Assembly: GCA_044892525.1 (NCBI GenBank)
Contig: CM097885.1
Location: 35,404,001-35,468,000, forward strand
Reading direction: 5' to 3'
DNA: 64,000 nucleotides
DNA from: Schmidtea polychroa
Taxonomy: Eukaryota
Position numbers and translations under genes: made by a program. The stretch's first letter is position 1, and each line of letters opens with the position of its first letter. This document shows positions 60,378 through 64,000 of this stretch, in pieces. The notes beneath the pieces are model-generated. The model was given only the letters and a program-made list of their open reading frames with translations, did no database searches and was not told where the DNA came from.

Positions 60378-62181
60378 TAACACCTCCCCCCAGAGAAACA
60401 TTAAGAAAAAAGTCAAGGCGGGGATACGACCATCAAGAGTTTCCAGGAGGCGGTGAGAATGACTCCGGCGAACCACGTAATTGAATAAATAAGCCATAAT
60501 TCGCAGAGATTTATTTACATACAGAATACAAATATTTTCCAGAGAACTTCCAAATTCTACGAGTGATAAATTGCGGACCCAAATCAAAAATTGGGCATGA
60601 AATAACATCCCCTACGAAGGATTAGGGGAAGACCACTCAAGGCTAACTTGTTCTCTATTACTCGATCAAGGTTCATAATAATATCACCTGGAAATTTAGA
60701 AATTAGCAAATTAAATAAATTACTTGTATGCAGAGCAAACCACTCGTAACGAGCACAACCGAAGGAAAGGTAAGCAGACGAAGAGCTTAGTTCGTTGCTA
60801 GTACCTGTCGCCCCAGCGTGCCCGAATTTAGTGGCCTAAAAATGATGATCCAAAAACTTTACATTTGATTCAAATATAAACTAAAATTTATAAATAGTAA
60901 TTAAAATTACCACTTAGTGGTAAACAAAATTTTGGAATGTAAATGATTAATTTAAACAAACGGATTTTCGATGAAATTCTTTTTAATCTAGTTGATAATG
61001 AATGTGATTTTAATCTATTGTCCTTAGGATTGTATGTGTTAGCTGGAAAATAAAGAATTTTTTTTTTCTCGTTAATGTCGAATTTTTAAAAAAGGGGGAA
61101 AAGGGATTAACAAAATCCCGCATTTAACTTCGTAACACAATCTGTATAAAGTGACCTGATTATTGCTTTGCAGAAATGTCCTACTCTGACAGCAGCAGCA
61201 TCGAAGAAGCCGATCGGCAGACGATCACCCGACTCCGGACACGGTACATTTGGTACCACATCCATCGGTGGAGTCAGGGACGGGACCTGGATTGCACAGA
61301 TCGAGTAATCCGGAAGGGCCCCGAAGTAGATGCCCCGGCGTGGGTGAAAGAGGAGCCGGGAAACGACCTTTTACAAAAGGCCCGCGACCGAACGGCCGTC
61401 GAGGTGGACGCGGCCCAGATGCGACTGAAGAAACTCGACATGCAAATCCGGGCAATCCGAGAAGGAAAGACTCTGGAGGACTTGGAGGAGGCCTCGCAAG
61501 TACCCGGCCTAACTCGTCCTCAATTCTAATTCGCGATAGATATGAACTTTACTCTGAACAAATCTCCTCTGTAATGAATTAATAGGATTTGATTTGATGA
61601 TGAACTTTACTTTGAATGAGTTTCTTCTTTAATAAATTATCGTAAAAATGAGTTGGTCTTTAATAATGATAAAATGTCTTCATAACCAGTATCGATCTTA
61701 TCAAGCAAATATCATGGTGTAATAACATAATCTAAGAATATTTCTTTTAGTGTTCAAACTATTGGAGAACCTACGGAAGGACAGGGAAGAAGCAGAAAAA
61801 CAGGCTGAGGACCTCCGAGTCCGAGTGGACAGACTCAAGGGACGGTGCCGGGAACTAGAAAGCACCTGGTTTAGTCCCCAGGATATGAAAAAGAAGGTGG
61901 CGCAGGTCCTCCAACTGCAGACCCAAGCCGCGCAGGATCAGATGGAGATCCGGGCCTTGAAGCTCCAACTCCGCGCGTTAGAAACCGAACGCAATGAACA
62001 AGCGGTTTACGGAGCCACAATAAGTCAAATCCGGCCGTTGACCGTGGAGTTGGCAGCAATTTACCCTCCGGCCGCGAAAGCTAAGCCCAAAAGGAAGCGG
62101 CTGGGACGAAACATCCGGGAAAAGCTAAAGAAGGCCAGATTACCCGAGTATGAACGACAAGAAAGGGCGACGCCCACGTAA
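60378..62181 (+). CDS. Putative spliced GC-rich orphan gene within a repeat-like insertion; ORFs 61176-61529 and 61750-62181 (coiled-coil, basic tail)
   Basis: Candidate exons 60378-60476, 60734-60769, then acceptors at 61173 and 61750, all phase 1; GC content well above background. Confidence 0.45.
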
Positions 62182-62539
62182 TCCCAGCAATACGAACAGT
62201 CATCTGGACTATACGCATTGAATTTTTGGTTGTTTATTGTTATGGTGTAAATACAATTTAGTTAACAAGTGTTGTATGAGGTGTATTGTTCGCAAATATC
62301 GAGTGATTGAGAATTAGTGAGTTGAGATTTTGGGAAAACAATTTTGATAAGGGACCTGAGAAATCGGACACACACCTTCTATCGGTAGTCCGTGAACCCA
62401 TGGAGTACTCGACAATTATAGTGCCTTGATGCGCTCACTTTTTGCGAGTACTCAACCCTTGGTACAGTACCAACGTTGATTACTCAACGGGTACCAAGCG
62501 GAAACTCTAATGTTGTATTTTGGGTTACGCTGGTAACAG

Positions 62540-63612
62540 CACTTAATCATTCAACCACCAGTGATCCACCATGTGTCTCAGTCTTAGCTGAAATTCATTC
62601 CACGACTGAAAATTCACTAGATGTTCAGTCCATTTCTCATGTTCTGATAGAATTGCGGACATGTTTTTCCAACCATATGAACCTTTATCAGAAGGAGATG
62701 TCGTACCTATTGTGAGACTGATGTACAACTTGCAACAGAACCAGTAAATAATCTTTACTTACAGAATACTGCAGAAAATGTCTTAGAATTTCTTCTCCAT
62801 TGACAAGTCTGCAGCTGTAATGAAGTTTAGAGAATTTTCTTTGCATGCTGTCTTTAGAAAAGTTAAATGGCTCAAAGGTGTTCTGGCACATGTTCTATCA
62901 ACATTTGTCTGATTCCTTGATTATTTAACTCCTCTGGACAATTTTCGTCCCTGTGAGGTACATAGATACATGTTTCGTATTTGTCATTTTCAGTCCGTTG
63001 TTTACAATACTGTGCACCAGAAAATCGTTTTCTCTCTACCATTGGGATTGAATTAACAACTGAAACTGCAAAAATAAAATTTCATTATGATATAGTATTT
63101 TTCAATATATATCATTTTTGTTAATAAAATAATCACAAATTACATAAAAAAATTTAAATATCTAAATCAAACCCGTAAGGCATTTATTTTTATTATTTTT
63201 AATTTATTTATAATTTGTTATTTATTTGAAGTAATTTTAAAGACAATCCAAGAACTTTATCGAAGCATTAAAAATACATTGAATTATTTTGCACCTAAAT
63301 TACTCTCATTGAAAATATTATAGTCTTCAAACTCTCTTTTTAATAGAATATTTATATAAATCGGAATTTAGCTCAGCATCAACTATTTAAAACCAAAGCA
63401 AGAAACTGGATTGAATAAAAAAATATATAAATTATTGTACTTGGTCATTGATCTTCTAGACTAGAAAAAAATATGAAACCTAAACAAGAAAAATATGGCA
63501 CTAAAAGCATAAATTAAAAATAACTTTCTATTTGATTTTTTGAGGGTGTTCGAGATTAAATTTTTTTAATAGTGCAAGTACTTCAAAAATCTCAAAAGGT
63601 TGGCAACTACTG
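62540..63612 (-). pseudogene. hAT transposon 5' part (TTF-type zinc finger region) with terminal sequence
   Basis: RKFSKLHYSCRLVNGEEILRHFLQYSVSKD...GWKNMSAILSEHE; minus-strand end CAGTAGTTGCCAACC at ~63612. Confidence 0.6.
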
Positions 63613-64000
63613 GTCTACAGTGTGAATTTCTAGATCTTTACATGAATCTCATTTTCCATCGGATTCTATTTTTTATTTTTCTCAGCATGCATGTATTTTT
63701 TATACTTCCTTTTATCTCATCTTTACAGTTTTTATCTCTTAATGGAATTTTTTTATTTTTTTAATTTTATTTCTTTGAAAATTATGCCTATATACTTTCA
63801 GTGAGTATTCACACATTTATTATATTAAATTGATTTTTATCAGAGAAATATTTTATTATTTTGGTCAACTTTAACCTGTTTTTTATGATATTTCATTTTT
63901 AACGCAGAAACCTTATAATGAAGTGAAATTCAATATTTTTTCGACAATGCAGAAATGAGAAATGAATATGAAAATAAAATAAAGACAAAAAATCTGTTGA

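Overview
Very AT-rich eukaryotic (animal-like) DNA with many 42-53 nt introns and (ATT)n tracts; a flatworm-like host is a guess only. One host gene is present: a 16-exon, ~513-aa MFS transporter (5147-26914, +) whose introns and flanks hold decayed transposons (Gypsy, Zator-like, hAT, Tc1/IS630, MITEs, a probable LTR). The main feature is two adjacent giant palindromic elements with Maverick/Polinton-type AGTAG...CTACT termini and 6-bp target-site duplications. Element A (29685-43393, 13.7 kb) sits inside a Penelope retroelement ORF and carries mirror copies of a C-terminally truncated protein-primed DNA polymerase B. Element B (45258-56582, 11.3 kb) has ~5-5.6 kb arms and no recognisable Maverick core gene. 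Neither shows integrase, capsid, ATPase or protease genes, so they resemble copy-back (fold-back) defective Maverick genomes integrated in trans. They share an 11-copy ~85-bp cis module and carry transcription-factor-motif arrays, spliced orphan genes and, in B, a highly structured hammerhead-like RNA candidate. All calls come from manual reading; no database searches or folding computations were run.
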